A stretch of DNA of 64,000 nucleotides. Source: Kudoa neothunni. Taxonomy: Eukaryota; Animalia; Cnidaria. The DNA lies in assembly GCA_964304625.1 (NCBI GenBank), contig OZ199840.1:4192490-4256489 (forward strand), given 5' to 3'. The translations under genes and the position numbers were made by a program. Shown here one piece after another: positions 49,334 to 62,184 of this stretch (the first letter of the stretch is position 1; each line of letters opens with the position of its first letter). Below the pieces are notes generated by a model that saw only the letters and a program-made list of their open reading frames with translations, did no database searches and had not been told where the DNA came from.

Positions 49334-52300
49334 TTAGCTGGAAATAGTTTCGAATGGTGACACATGGACTGCTGGAGATCTCTTAGAGTCAACTATTAGC
49401 TGCTCTATCATATATGCTACATTATAGAGAAGTTGTTCATCCCACCAAGTGGATTGGAGTTGTATTCCAATAGGTAGATTGTTATCATCCACACCAACAA
49501 ACAGAGTGATGGCTGGGTTACCGGCGAAACTTGGAATAGAGGAGTACCTAATTGAACCACAAAACCACAAAATAATGAACAATATTGTATTGGTGGACAT
49601 TACTGCAAAAGTTGGTGAGTGTTTTCCTCATCCAATACACCATTAGATTCATCATTTTCGAGAATTTTTGTCGCTAGCACTCCTGTACCTAATATTTGAT
49701 TAATTTTGTAATTACTCGTATAATTTGGAGAAAAAACCAAAACTTACAAGGAGTGATAAATATATCACAATTCTCAAACATATCTTTGACGATGTATTGC
49801 GCTCGTGTTCTTTGGCGTTGAGCCTATCGCATCATTCAATAAGAGTGGTCATGAACCAATCACATCAGTTATTCTACTTGTTTGTATTCTCCTTCGGTTA
49901 TATTCCTCCCCAAAGTGAAAATTACGCTAGCGTATGAACAGTCCTATAATTTTCAATATTTAACATGTAAATACGAGTGTAATCTCTACAAGTTTAGCAT
50001 TTAGTGCGCCCTTTCCAAAATTTTTGACTACTGAATGTGCACCATCTCGAATGAAAAATGTTTTACATGCAGCATTGATTTCCTATAGTATTAGAGACAA
50101 TTAATTTATATAATGCCATTGGATCAGTTGAAATCAACTTTAATTTTCATTATTATCTTAAAATAACGGAAATTTTCATATTTTGTAGTTAAATTTATTT
50201 ATTGAGATTATTAATGATTAGCTTCAATATCTTGTCAGCAATATATTTATATGATTGTTTTGTAATAGAAAAAATTTGTTGCAAGTAAAATAATGTAATT
50301 TATCCAAAGTTAAGTATACATTTATTTCCGGCACACAATAGTTGACAACTTTAAAACCGTTAGATCTGAACCAGTCCATGACCTTATCAATAGCCTTGAT
50401 AACTGACGGATATTTCGCAGTCTACATTAAATCTATCATTCAAAAATAATTGAAATTAAGTGACCTGAGTTAATAACGCATCATATCCAATTTTAACAGT
50501 ATCAACCAACTTGAAGACGTCGTTTATAAGAGATGGGACCACCACTGGAGGCTGATGGAGACTGTAAGGATCCTCATCATCCGGACCAGCCATAATTGCT
50601 ACAAAATTTTATTAATTAAAGCACCAGTTCTAATTACAATAGAGAATAGCACTGTCCCGAACACAATTAGTTATCGGCCCTATTGAAAATATCAACACAC
50701 GTATGTCGAACCTAATTGAACCTGTGACTACAGACGAATGATTTACGTATAATGTGCCCCCATTAGTAATTCTTGACTTGGTACCTACAATAATATACAA
50801 TTAAAAGTTGTACTGATAAGTTATAGTCATTACATTTTAGGCCCACCATGCCAGTGAGAGAGGGTGGAATTCTAATCGAACCATAGCCATCGTTCCCAAC
50901 TGAAAATGGAACTAACCCTATAAATATGAATAGCACGTGTAACTAAATTGTAATAAAGGAAACGATTCACAAATATACCGCAAGCAACTACAGCAGCTGA
51001 TCCATTACTACTTCCACCACAGTAAAAACTTTTGTTAAAAGGATTCAATGTTGCGCCGTGCTTCCTATCTTTGAGTAGTCATGAGATTTTCGATATATTT
51101 GCTTACTTTGAAGGGTTAAAGCCAATAACACTCAAACAGCCATATGTCATGTTGGTTATTCCCATAAATATGGCTCCATAACTTTGCAGCTTTTTGATAA
51201 TATTGCTAGTTTGAGTGGAAGGTTTACTCGGCAAATGTGCCACTCCATACAAAGTGGTATAACCCTCCTTGAAAAGACATGTTTAGTTTGGTTAAGTCAT
51301 ACTAACATTGGCTTTTACCACGAGAAAATGATCTTTGGCGAAAAATGGGATTCCATCAATAGGCGAAATCGCCTGACCATTCTTGATTCTTTTGGTGGAT
51401 TGTTCAGCAGCCTAAACAAATGAAAAACTAATTATTACTGTATTAATCTAATCGTAATTTGTTGAAACTAACATGTCCAAATTTTAATCTCTTCAATAAA
51501 ATAAAATTAAAAAAAGGCAGGAATATAATATTTTGACTGTAAAATTTAATACCTAACCTCCTAAATAAAACGACGTAGTTTTACATCCCTCAGTCGTTTA
51601 ATCTTCTATTTTCTATATCAAATCTAGGTTGGGAGTAAATATTTTTATATCGCATTTTATTTCGTGTCATATTGTTATCTATAGAATAAAGTGGGGGCAT
51701 TATTTATTTTCAACAATTTAATGCCCAACCACTCTCAAAACAACGTTGTAAAATTGAGATATTTTTACACTTCATATTTTTGTTGTTGAAGTTATTTAGG
51801 ATAAAAATATTTTTGAGAAATTCTAAACGTTTTCATCTCTTATTTATTCCTTTAGTCAACAAATATCATTGTTTTACGCCTCATTACACCGTCGCCTGAG
51901 TAACATGGTCAAAAGGGGCTCGAGTGAGCACAGTGATAGTTGTTCTCATACCGATTCTTCCGAGTGTGACTATTCATTTATCCATGAATTGTCATCAGAT
52001 AGAGCATACAGAATCTAGCCTTTATATTCATTTAGATCCATTAACAGATAAAAATGAAGCGCTATAGACTAACAAACTTTAACCACTAGAACGGCTGCTG
52101 AAAACACCTTGAATGGCCATGCTGATGTTTTGCTATTCATAACGTAAAATGTAAACGAAATTGCTGATACGTTTCGTGCTTGATTTAACCCTCCCTTAAC
52201 GAAGAGGATGCATTATGCACACTCTTCGTCATCACCATTAATTTTTGGAGCTCCGTCTTCTGAGGGTTAATCCGTACATGTATGAAATTATTTTCAAGTA

Positions 52301-54386
52301 TATGAATCAGTGTGAAAGGAAATTTTTTAAAGTTTCTTGTATCGAATTAGACAAAATAGAATTAGATTTTTTTCTTTGATTGTTTGTTACTCATAAAAAT
52401 TTATGTAGAAAATCATTCATCAGTTAAGAGATTGTTTGAGTTGAAAGATCAATTTACCATGATCTGTTTTCATTCAATAGATTCAGGTAGATAAATTAAG
52501 GTTTTCACTTCAACAATATAGAGACAAGAAAAACTATAGATAATTTCTGCTACATCGTGAGTTATGGAACGTTTGAGTTTACTCACATATTCGTAGCTTT
52601 CGTCCCTTGGAGGAACTATGAATAAGTGAGAAACATGTTGCGATTAGAGGTTGACATAAGTTAACCTCTAATGTGTATCAAGCAAACCTTTAAAATATGG
52701 TTTGATGTTCTTTTATTAACTGATCCAAAGTTAGCACATGTTTACAACGTGATTTTTTATTTGGCAAAACGATCTCACATTGCAAAACAACCGTATATCT
52801 ATGCGAAAATATTTTTTTAAAGCGAGTAGAAACATTCGAATATTATGGTCGAAATTTAGTTTGAGCTACTCTCTTCACGTAATTAGATGATTAGATGATG
52901 AATTGTTGAAAATACTTAACCATCGTTTGAACGATGCGCTTAAAAAAGAGAGAAATTCTACCATATTCCAAAAAACAAAATAATTCCACTTAATTCATCA
53001 CTTTTTGTATTTAAAAATGAATTTATAATGCTAAGGTATTTTCTCAGAAAAAATAAACCAGTCCATATACTGTGTTCCTCGTCAACAAACACCAAGACGT
53101 CGATGAAAACATCATATAAGCTTTTAATCAGGGTTTGGCGGATCAGAGTATTTATAAATCCTTTAGCTTAAATGAATTTTTCATAAAAAAATTGAAAATT
53201 TTCGAGGTAAATATATATTTTGACATATAAAACCATACATTTTTATTGCAGTGCGAGAAAAATATAACGAACCTTCGACATTTTTATGAGGAAATTTGAT
53301 ATTTCAAAATGAGAATGCACTTTAAATACATAAATCACATAGTCCGTATATTTTGCATATTATAAGTTAAAGTGCTTATTAAAAAATGTAACATTTCTTG
53401 TTTAACCTTAAGGAATGAAAAATTAAGAAAGAAATAATAAGATAGAATTAACTGTGATTAATAAAATTGAAATAAACTACTTTTTTATTATAATTAAAAA
53501 TATTATGTATATCTTAGCATAAAGACAAATCGAATTAATTAAGGTTGGAAAACGATCTTACAACTTATAGTAGACCGACTATTATTATCTATTAAAATCA
53601 AAATTTAGATTTAACTTATTAAAAATCAGCATAGTTTAAATATTATTATTAAATTTCATGCGAATTTATATACATCTAGAATTTTGTCGTCGTGCATCTC
53701 TAGAATAGCATTGAGTTCTTTGATCCTTGGTGAGCTGGCAAGCGTTATTATATTTTTACAAACTTGAGTAGGGTCCGTCTTATTTGATCTTTAATTTTAT
53801 TAAAATACGCCAAATGAGGTTGATTGAAGCTAAATCACCTATAGGCGTTGTAGAAATCGCCAAGATTCAGGTAGGGACCAGTGTCGCAACTAAACTCGAG
53901 ATCATTTTATCTAACCATTTAAAATTGAAACTATTAAAATGTACTTAATTTCAAATAATTTTTCAATCTGTTCAAAATTAGGCGGCGATTTGGGACATTC
54001 GTCTTTATGCTGATAGAATTCTTCAACATTTGTTGTAGGTTCGTCATAGATTGTGTATGCCATTAGGTCGGTAAGACCGATGGAACTAAAATATGAAAAT
54101 GTGATGGAATTGTATCGATTCTACTGTTTTATCCTCTTTATAATAAGCGAAGATAATGGGAACTAGATTTATTATGAAAAGTAAGATGAGTAGAAACTTG
54201 CCGCTGCTTACTATTGAGGCGAGTTTTGAGTATATGAGCGCTCGTCTACCATTGCAACGTGAAACAATCTATTCGAAATATTTTAATACAAACAGTTGCA
54301 TAGCTGACGACAACCGCTTCATAGTTTTTTAGGTTGGTTTTAGAAGATTTATTTAGTTTAGCCGCTTCCTTGATATAGCAACTCAT
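49334..54386 (-). CDS. Amidase-signature enzyme, FAAH-like (plant/Dictyostelium-type N-terminus), multi-exon with one 2.3-kb intron
   Basis: IDGIPFFAKD (catalytic Lys); CGGSSNGSAAVVACG; SVGNDGYGSIRIP (Ser nucleophile); FAGNPAITLFVG...LPIGIQLQSTWWDEQLL. N-terminal exons at 53670-54386 read TNLKNYEAVV|IVSRCNGRRALIYSKL...IYDEPT...TDPTQVC...LNAI. The start codon is inferred. Confidence 0.85.
52189..53300 (+). mobile_element. Decayed piggyBac inside the large amidase intron
   Basis: Transposase-like fragments EKHVAIRG and SSKPLKYGLMF...TDPK (~52625-52730), and RF...FHF-like sequence (~52475-52510). A TTAA-CCCTC...GAGGG-TTAA mini inverted repeat lies at 52185-52270. Confidence 0.6.
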
Positions 54387-55184
54387 TTATAGTCACAAAT
54401 TAATCTGCTGTGAAGGATTTTTGTTAGTGGACTCCGAATACACTCGTAACCAATTTTCCAACCTCATATAACAGATATAACTTTATTATATCCAATAGAC
54501 TACATAGCCGAATTCACCTCACCTTTTTATATTGTATAGATTTGAGTTTCTATAATTGAGGAATTATAGCGTGTGTAAATATTTGCTTGCATGCTTAGAG
54601 AATTGTTAATTATGTGTGAATGAACCTTAAATGACATTAATATTAAAACATTTTGCACTTACAGGTTGCGTATGATTTAAAATTATAATTTTATAAGGCT
54701 CATATCAAAATTCTCTAAGCAGAAATGGATCTACTCTTAAGCTCATACATCCATTTTTAAACAATAATCTCTCTATATTTAAGTACATTTACGAGGGTTG
54801 ATTTTTATTTTGGTAATGTTCATAATCTCTTAATCCAACATTTAAGCCGATAATAGCTACATAATAATTTACAATTTTGATTCTAACTGTTAAGTTAATT
54901 CTAATTATCGGTTATAGCTATCCAATTGTTTACAAAAACATAAATGAATTAATAATCCAATCAATAATTTTATTACATTTGAGATATAGTATCTCTTGAT
55001 CAAATTACAGGTCAACCGCGCGCATCCGCTGTCGTTCCTATCAGATTGTAAGCTAAACAACAAAAATTTAATTTTTAAATATAAATATATTATTTTAATT
55101 ATTTTTCTATTGTTTCTGATAGAAGGCACATTGCATGATATCCATTTGAATATTTGTAGTAATTCTTTACATTATCCCAATTAA

Positions 55185-57704
55185 CCTTCCGAACGCCTCG
55201 AAATCCACTACACACTTGATGCTTTTTGGGGGTCTATTAGACCCCATGTTTTTACTGACTCATTAAAGGCGATAGTTTTTTTAAAGCTCGTGTGTAAATT
55301 TGGAAAAAATTCTATCGAGGAATTTAGACACTATTGTAAAAATATTAAATGGCGACAATGTACGAGGGGAATTAACGCATCACGATAGAATTAATTCTTG
55401 CAGGGTTACCTCGCTCCAATCTCGTGTGATAATAAAAGTTTCTCATTCACCAAATAAATTGATTTCAGGGGATTTGATTGTTTAATCAATATTATAACAT
55501 TTATAAACCTGAATGATTTAATAGAAAATTTATCAAATATTCTAATAAGCATTCTCAATTACATACATATATATATATTTTTACAGCATTCCGTTAAATA
55601 AATATCGTATTATTATTCATAAGAAGTAAAACAGTCATCATAAATTAATGAAGTCGATATAATTAATAAATGATTCGAGCGAATTCGAATGACCCTACAT
55701 GCAACTTAAATTTTAATTGAGAGAAATCTCAAATTACTTGAGATGAAATGATAGAAAACCATCATCAAATCATATTAATTTCTATTATCTGCTGAGCACT
55801 CAATGCAAACAAACTGAGAGTGTTTCTCACAACAAAATCTTAAACAAAAAATGGACGAATTCTCAGTTTTTCGGTCATTGTTCCTTAAAACAGCTCACAC
55901 CTTTTTCGGCAATTTGGCATTGGAATAGGATAATTTTTTGGTAACAGTTGAGTTTTAATTGGCACATTATTTTCTAGCGCAAATAGTTTGACAAATTCAT
56001 CCGCAAGTTTAACCAGAAACTGTTCTCTCCTGATTTTGTTGTCATTAAATACGGCTTTGTAAAGATAAAATGAATTTATTGGGCTGATATCTAAAATATT
56101 AAAAAAAACGGTTGGTCAGCGTTTTGAGTATCTTTTGACACTAGTCGAAGCGAGAATTCGGTCGACAGTATCAACACCATCTTTATTTTTATTGTAATAT
56201 GTAATGACTTCAGGTTTATTGCATTCATCAGAAGTCACATTTGTATTTAATGAGGAGATAACCAAAAGTATAACTGACTTATTTTTTTTGGGACGTAAGA
56301 CACCAACATTTTTTCTCCATGGAAAAGAAAAAGTGAACTATAAAGTTCCCTAGATTTATTTGCCTTAAATATTTCAGGAAGTCACTTTTGTTTGGTCTGA
56401 TTATTCCAATCACAGTCATACCAAGGTTTAATAGTTTATTGGCGAGGAAAAGTGACGTGAAATAATTATCAGCGACAATATTTCTATCACTGTCTTTTAA
56501 ATACGACACAAGGTCTAACATTATGTTTTCATCTAAACATTTTGATCTTTGATTATTTTGTTTTCCAAGATAAATTGAGATATTGTGACAAAAGTTCGTT
56601 GGTGGGTCAACAAGAAAGAAAAATTTGATTCCATACACAGCCGGTTTAGAAGGCATGTATTGCTTGAAAGGGCATTCCCCCCTGAAAGCAATCAGATGCT
56701 CATCAACGGTTAAATTAGAATTAGAAACAAGACTAATAGGAAGAATTTCTTTCCACTTATAAAATATTTCCTGTGTTTGATAAAATATATCGGTTGGTTT
56801 TCTTTCGGCTCTGCATGTATAATCGTCGAAATGGAGTGCTTTTTTAATTTCAGTGAATCTTCTCAAAGGCATGATACTTATAAATATTTCCCTACCTTTA
56901 TCCTTACTCCAAAGTGTTTTTAAAGACTCTACTTTTGATTTAAATATTGCCATACATATCAACACATCTATGTAGACGCGGAATTCCACATTTGATAACT
57001 GTTTCCAAGATCGACTATAGTGATATGAACTAAATTTATTTGTATTCATAAATGGTCTCATAAATGCCATCACCGACAAATATATCTGAGCAATCAGAAA
57101 ATACTTTTATTCTATGTGTTGCATAAGCAGTAACACCCGGGGCTTTGCTTAAATATCTTCTTAGCACACTTTCAATGTTTTCAGGACTTCAGTATTCCAT
57201 ACTACACCATTTTTTCGGAGTATACATCGAGGGATTCGATATCATTACCATCAAATTCGAAAGAATTGGACAATGTATCGCTATACTGTTGCACATCAAC
57301 GGATTCGCTGCAGTAACTTTCACAACTATTAGAGTATATATCGTCAGACGCACTCAATCTACAGGCGTACGCTTCGATATTCCCTACAGATCATTTTGGT
57401 TGTTTTTTCTCTTAATTTATTCGATAGAATCTGTTTTAATTTTAGTATGATGTATATAATAATTTTTACAGTTGTTTAAGCCAATAAAAACGCGGGGTCT
57501 AATATACCCTAAAAAGCACAAAGTGTAAAAAGATTATTTATTTCCCTTATAACTTTAATATTTTTATAAAATAAATGATTATAATATGTATATGTTCGTT
57601 TTAAGGGAATATAACGGATATGAATCTTATCTGATTCCAATAAGTATATAAAAGTAGTAACACAAAATGCTTTGGGGTCAAATAGACCCAAAACGCTCGG
57701 AAGG
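55185..57704 (-). mobile_element. Full-length piggyBac transposon (2520 bp), TIRs and TTAA TSDs intact, transposase frameshifted
   Basis: TTAA-CCTTCCGAACG (55181-55195) and CGCTCGGAAGG-TTAA (57694-57708). Subterminal palindromes GGGGTC..(A/T)AGACCC at ~55228, ~57493 and ~57674. Transposase motifs LTVDEHL, KQYMPSKPAVYGIK, VADNYF, GVDTVD and a C-terminal Cys-rich domain (~55800-55920). Confidence 0.95.
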
Positions 57705-58657
57705 TTAATCTTTTCGGATGCATCAAGGAAACGACTGTTGGCAGCGTATATACTGTTCAGGTGTCATCAGATTTGACTATACTTAATTCTTTCTTATCGC
57801 TATGAGCGGCGGGGCAGAATATATTTTAAACCTTTATATGTAATGAATTTTTTACATTACCATTTAAAATTTTCGTAGTAATTTATATTTTCATATTTAA
57901 AAGAATACATTTCATTGCAATGCGAGAAAAAATATAACGAACGTTTGACATTGTATATGAAGGAATTATTTGTTTATCATTTTTTATACATAAATTTACC
58001 ATGTTTTATTGATCTTGGATTTAAAATTTTATACACTTAAGTAACGGTTCGAGATCGTAATGAACAATAATTAAACATTTCCATTCGTTACAATAAGACT
58101 AATATCATATAATCAGTAAAAATATGTAAGGAATTTGTGTGGGAATATTTTAACCTTTATTTTGTTTTTACACATTTTATTTGTAAAGTGTGATAATATC
58201 TAATTAACTTAGTTTACATTGCTATTAAGCTTATTTATGTGCTACGAAGATCGATTTTAACAAATATGGAAATTATAAAAATAATTTCTAAAAAAACAAT
58301 GTAACTTTATCACAAATTTCCCTCGCAGTCAGATTCGGAAGGTTCTTGGGTCAGTCATTGCCGACCCCTGATATATAGCTTGAGAAAAAAAGTTGTTGGG
58401 TTAAAAAAATTAATGCAGCGCACTAATTTTAGACCTAAAATTTAACACCCCAATGGCCTATACCATTAATGAAAATGTCGCTAATAGTCATACAAAGCAA
58501 TAAATACAGTTAACCATATTTACTCAATATCAATTTAAACGTTAGACCAGTGGTTCTTAACCTTTGTTCCTTGAGGACCTCTAATGCGTTCAATGCGCTT
58601 ATCAGGGGTCCCATCATGTTTTAATGCATAATCCAACCATGCATATAAATATTTTAA

Positions 58658-58822
58658 CTCTTTCGTTTCCATTGTTCACTTTGGTGAACAGATTAAAAAA
58701 GATTTAAAATCATTGGTAAATTATTCATTTACAAAAAAATAAGAATTCAAATCGTGTATAATTTTAATATTAATTTTATTTAAAAAATTTTCAATAAAAA
58801 GAAAAATTTTGGATCGAAGGGG
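58658..58822. mobile_element. piggyBac-type MITE nested in the hAT element
   Basis: TTAA-CTCTTTCGTTTCC ... GGATCGAAGGGG-TTAA, with an internal palindrome TGTTCAC..GTGAACA. A similar right end occurs at 23695-23712. Confidence 0.6.
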
Positions 58823-59542
58823 TTAACCTAAATTATTTATCCAATATACTCAAGTTTATTAGAATATTTGTTACGTAAATTAATTATGTAATGGTTTTGT
58901 TTTAAAATACGTATTAAAAATTTTTAATCACCGAAATGAATTATTTTTGATGTTTAAATTAAAAATTAACAACTATGAAATCATTCCTAGTAATTATTTT
59001 AGAAAACATTAAAACTCTAATCAAGTATAGGCAACGACGCATAATATTTTAAAAAAATTTAATGAAATCTGTTGAATTATTATATATCCACATTTAAATG
59101 TTTAAAAATAAAATCCACACAAATTTGCAAGTGAAATATGCTTTTATAATAATCTAAATATATTTTCTATATAAAATATCTATTTATGTTGATTATTTTC
59201 TTTATTTTTTTTGTTAAAATAAAGAGTTAACAAAGGGAGGATAATTATATAATTAATAGAATGTGACATTAATGCAAAACAGCTATTTTAATATAAATAA
59301 TAGACATTAAAATAATATTTAATGAGATTTTTGTAGTTCTCATTTATCAATAAGTTCACAGAATTCTTACAAAGTAATTTTAAGAGAAACTCGCACCTCG
59401 CATATAAGCGACTTTGTGGGTTTATTGTTATGGTAACCAGCACTGAATCCTAGCTTCGCAATACGAGACAGTCGTAAAAGGGGTAATCATTCTAATCGCA
59501 TAGACTGCAACAATAATAAATATTTTTTGAAACTTTTAGTCT

Positions 59543-60195
59543 TCATGAAATAACCGACTTAATAACTTTTGTATTTATAGAGTTTTTTACAAAATACATT
59601 ATAACACAAGGAAATATTAAAATAAATATAAAATATTTCCAGGAAAAGATTCCCACTATTTTAATCTGCGGTTCTCTTTCTTTGAAGATAGTTGATTTTT
59701 GATCCATAACAGGATGTAAATCATATAGACCTTGACTTGCAAAGCTTTGACTAAGAGTTCTTAGGGCATCCTTAATTTTATACATTGACAATTTGACGAT
59801 TGATTATTCCTTTTGACACATATCATCGGAGATACTGGTACATGGTCCGCTATTGAATTAGAACAAAGTCTTTCCGGTTACGACATTTCTAACAAACAAA
59901 ACCGTGAATGAAGGAGAGACTTTATTAGTGATCTATCTAAAAGATTCTACCGAGGGTTGAATGTTCTTTATATTTAAAACGTATTTTTTACTAAAACATA
60001 ATTATTCTACTATTAAGATCAAATTTTTGAACTCCTGAATGACTTGATATAATTGAATCATTACAACCGATAATTTTAAATTTCTCGTCAACATCCCTTT
60101 GGATCCTTGACATGGTCAAATTTACTACGCAATGTCGAATCAAAAGGGTGTTTCCGGACCCTACTAGAATTGCTACGCAATACAAAATTACTTCG
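59543..60195 (-). pseudogene. Spliced orphan membrane-protein gene fragment with one in-frame stop
   Basis: Introns 60010-59937 and 59881-59850 join three segments in one frame: a hydrophobic N-terminal stretch, a Cys-containing middle and a C-terminal TM helix (IVGIFSWKYFIFILIFPCVIMYFV). TAA at 59806-59804. Confidence 0.45.
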
Positions 60196-60790
60196 TAACT
60201 TCATATTAATTTTGTCATTCATAAATGTTTTACACGTATGTTACGAGATAATAATGTAATTATTACTTGGCAGTATCCAAATTTATAAACAATTAAAAAA
60301 TGAACGAGATATTGGGCTACTACGCAACACCGAGGCACGACTGTATAATGATTGTACGATGATGATAAAATTGGATTTAGAGTTTATTGAAATCACTCAC
60401 GGACCTCCAGGTTAAGAATCGCTGCTTTAGACTACGTAAACACACAATAAAAACCCTTTTAATAATTTATGTGCTTTATAGCTACAAAAAATTGAGGTTC
60501 ACCTAATACAGCCCTCATTTTAAGCAAGCTTAACCACCTCCTGATATACATAAATATATTTAATAAACATGATTACGGATGTTGCTTAACAACTCTGACT
60601 AATAAAAATAAATAAGTCACTGTAGTAAAGTTAATTACAGATTATAGAAAAATCTAGGTGGATGAAATAGCGAATATATTTCCAGAGTGACTAATCCATC
60701 ACTTCTATCGAGAACATTGGCGGGCTGTTTTCATAAAAAATAACGATTTAACAAAATGCTCATACGGCATATTAATAAATTAAAGCTAAT

Positions 60791-62184
60791 CTAACGTTTA
60801 CATAACAATATAGGCACATTTAGAGCAACCGAAAATTCGGTGCAAATGTAAAAGAAATAGCTTATCCAGTTTACAAATGCAATCACCTAAAAATGAACCA
60901 CAAGCATTAGCCAATATACCCTCAACAAGTGGAACACATACCAACATCCCATGAAGTAGCATAGTTTCGCTGAAAGGACAACCAATGTAGATATTGATAA
61001 CCAAGGCCATTGGGAACATCAACGAAATATCAACAGGGATGTAGATTGATTTTGTGACGATACAAACCTATTCGCAGTATAATTTACTAAAACCTCCCAG
61101 TAACAATGTAATTACCAATATTTTTAAGCATAATTTTGAAAATACAAAACCATAAAAAATATTTAAAACATAAAAGCTATTGGTGACAAGATTGGATGGG
61201 GAATATCTGTAGATGTAATAGGCGGTAAATAGTACAATTAGAGGAGATATTCCAGGAGATATGACACTCGAGTTTGCAACAGTTGAACCATTTTTACCGC
61301 TTCCATTGTTACATATACGATCAAACATAACCACAATAGCATACACAAGGTTGGCTATCACAGGAACAAAGAAGAAATACAACACAGGAACACCAAAAAC
61401 CTACAGATTATATTTATATTTATTATTGGATATAATCGGTAATTTTAGAACAGCAAAAGTATCACGTTAACAACAAATAATTACATTAAAATGATACACA
61501 TTTGGTCTGGTAAATGCGGGTATCAAACACATTAAAATAACCGAAAATTGAGCCTCAGTTACACTCAATCTAAACAGAATCATTCAACTCAAAATCATTT
61601 TAAAGATACAGCGTGAAAAACATCGATCCAGTTACAAATGTTTGCCAATGAAATACAAACGAACATGTGAGCACAATAATCGACCACAAAAATAAAATAT
61701 CCTCATATGGACGTGGTAACATAGCGAATGCTGCCATCAAATTCACAAGTATAGTGGATAATGCGTCGCATCCATGATCAAAAACTTCACCCAATGGACT
61801 GGACATGTTAATTCTACGAGCATGTTTTCCATCAATCGCATCCAGTGTTTGATACACAAACAAACTCACCGACATCCAAACCAACAGATAGGTTGGTGTC
61901 TAAAATTGTTGTGAAATAAATAAATAACCCTACCAACCAATTTCAACAATAATTCATACTGCTTTGGTTGAATCGAAATCAACAGCACACAATGTACACA
62001 ATATTGGAATGACATTGTTGAGCAATCCGATCAAAGTGATCATATTCGGTGCTATCCAATTTGGAATCAACTCAACGCACCAATTCCAAAATTTCCCCAA
62101 ATATGGATCCATAAGTGATGTTCCCACGTATTTGTATTGATGATATTTGAGATTCTGTTTTTGTAGTGTGGTGAGTTTTAACAT
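60791..62184 (-). CDS. Choline/ethanolamine phosphotransferase (CDP-alcohol phosphatidyltransferase, CEPT1/CHPT1 family)
   Basis: FWNWCVELIPNWIAPNMITLIGL; YQTLDAIDGKHARRINMSSPLGEVFDHGCDA (CDP-alcohol phosphotransferase motif); HWQTFVTGSM; SVTEAQF. The final exon end is uncertain (60791, or splice to ~60705). Confidence 0.93.

Larger units (their letters stand above)
58548..60424. mobile_element. Non-autonomous hAT (Buster-type) element with cargo
   Basis: TIRs CAGTGGTTCTTAACC and GGTTAAGAATCGCTG (13/15 match). The 8-bp flanks are CGTTAGAC (58540-58547) and CTTTAGAC (60425-60432). GGACC-type subterminal motifs occur at both ends. Confidence 0.7.
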
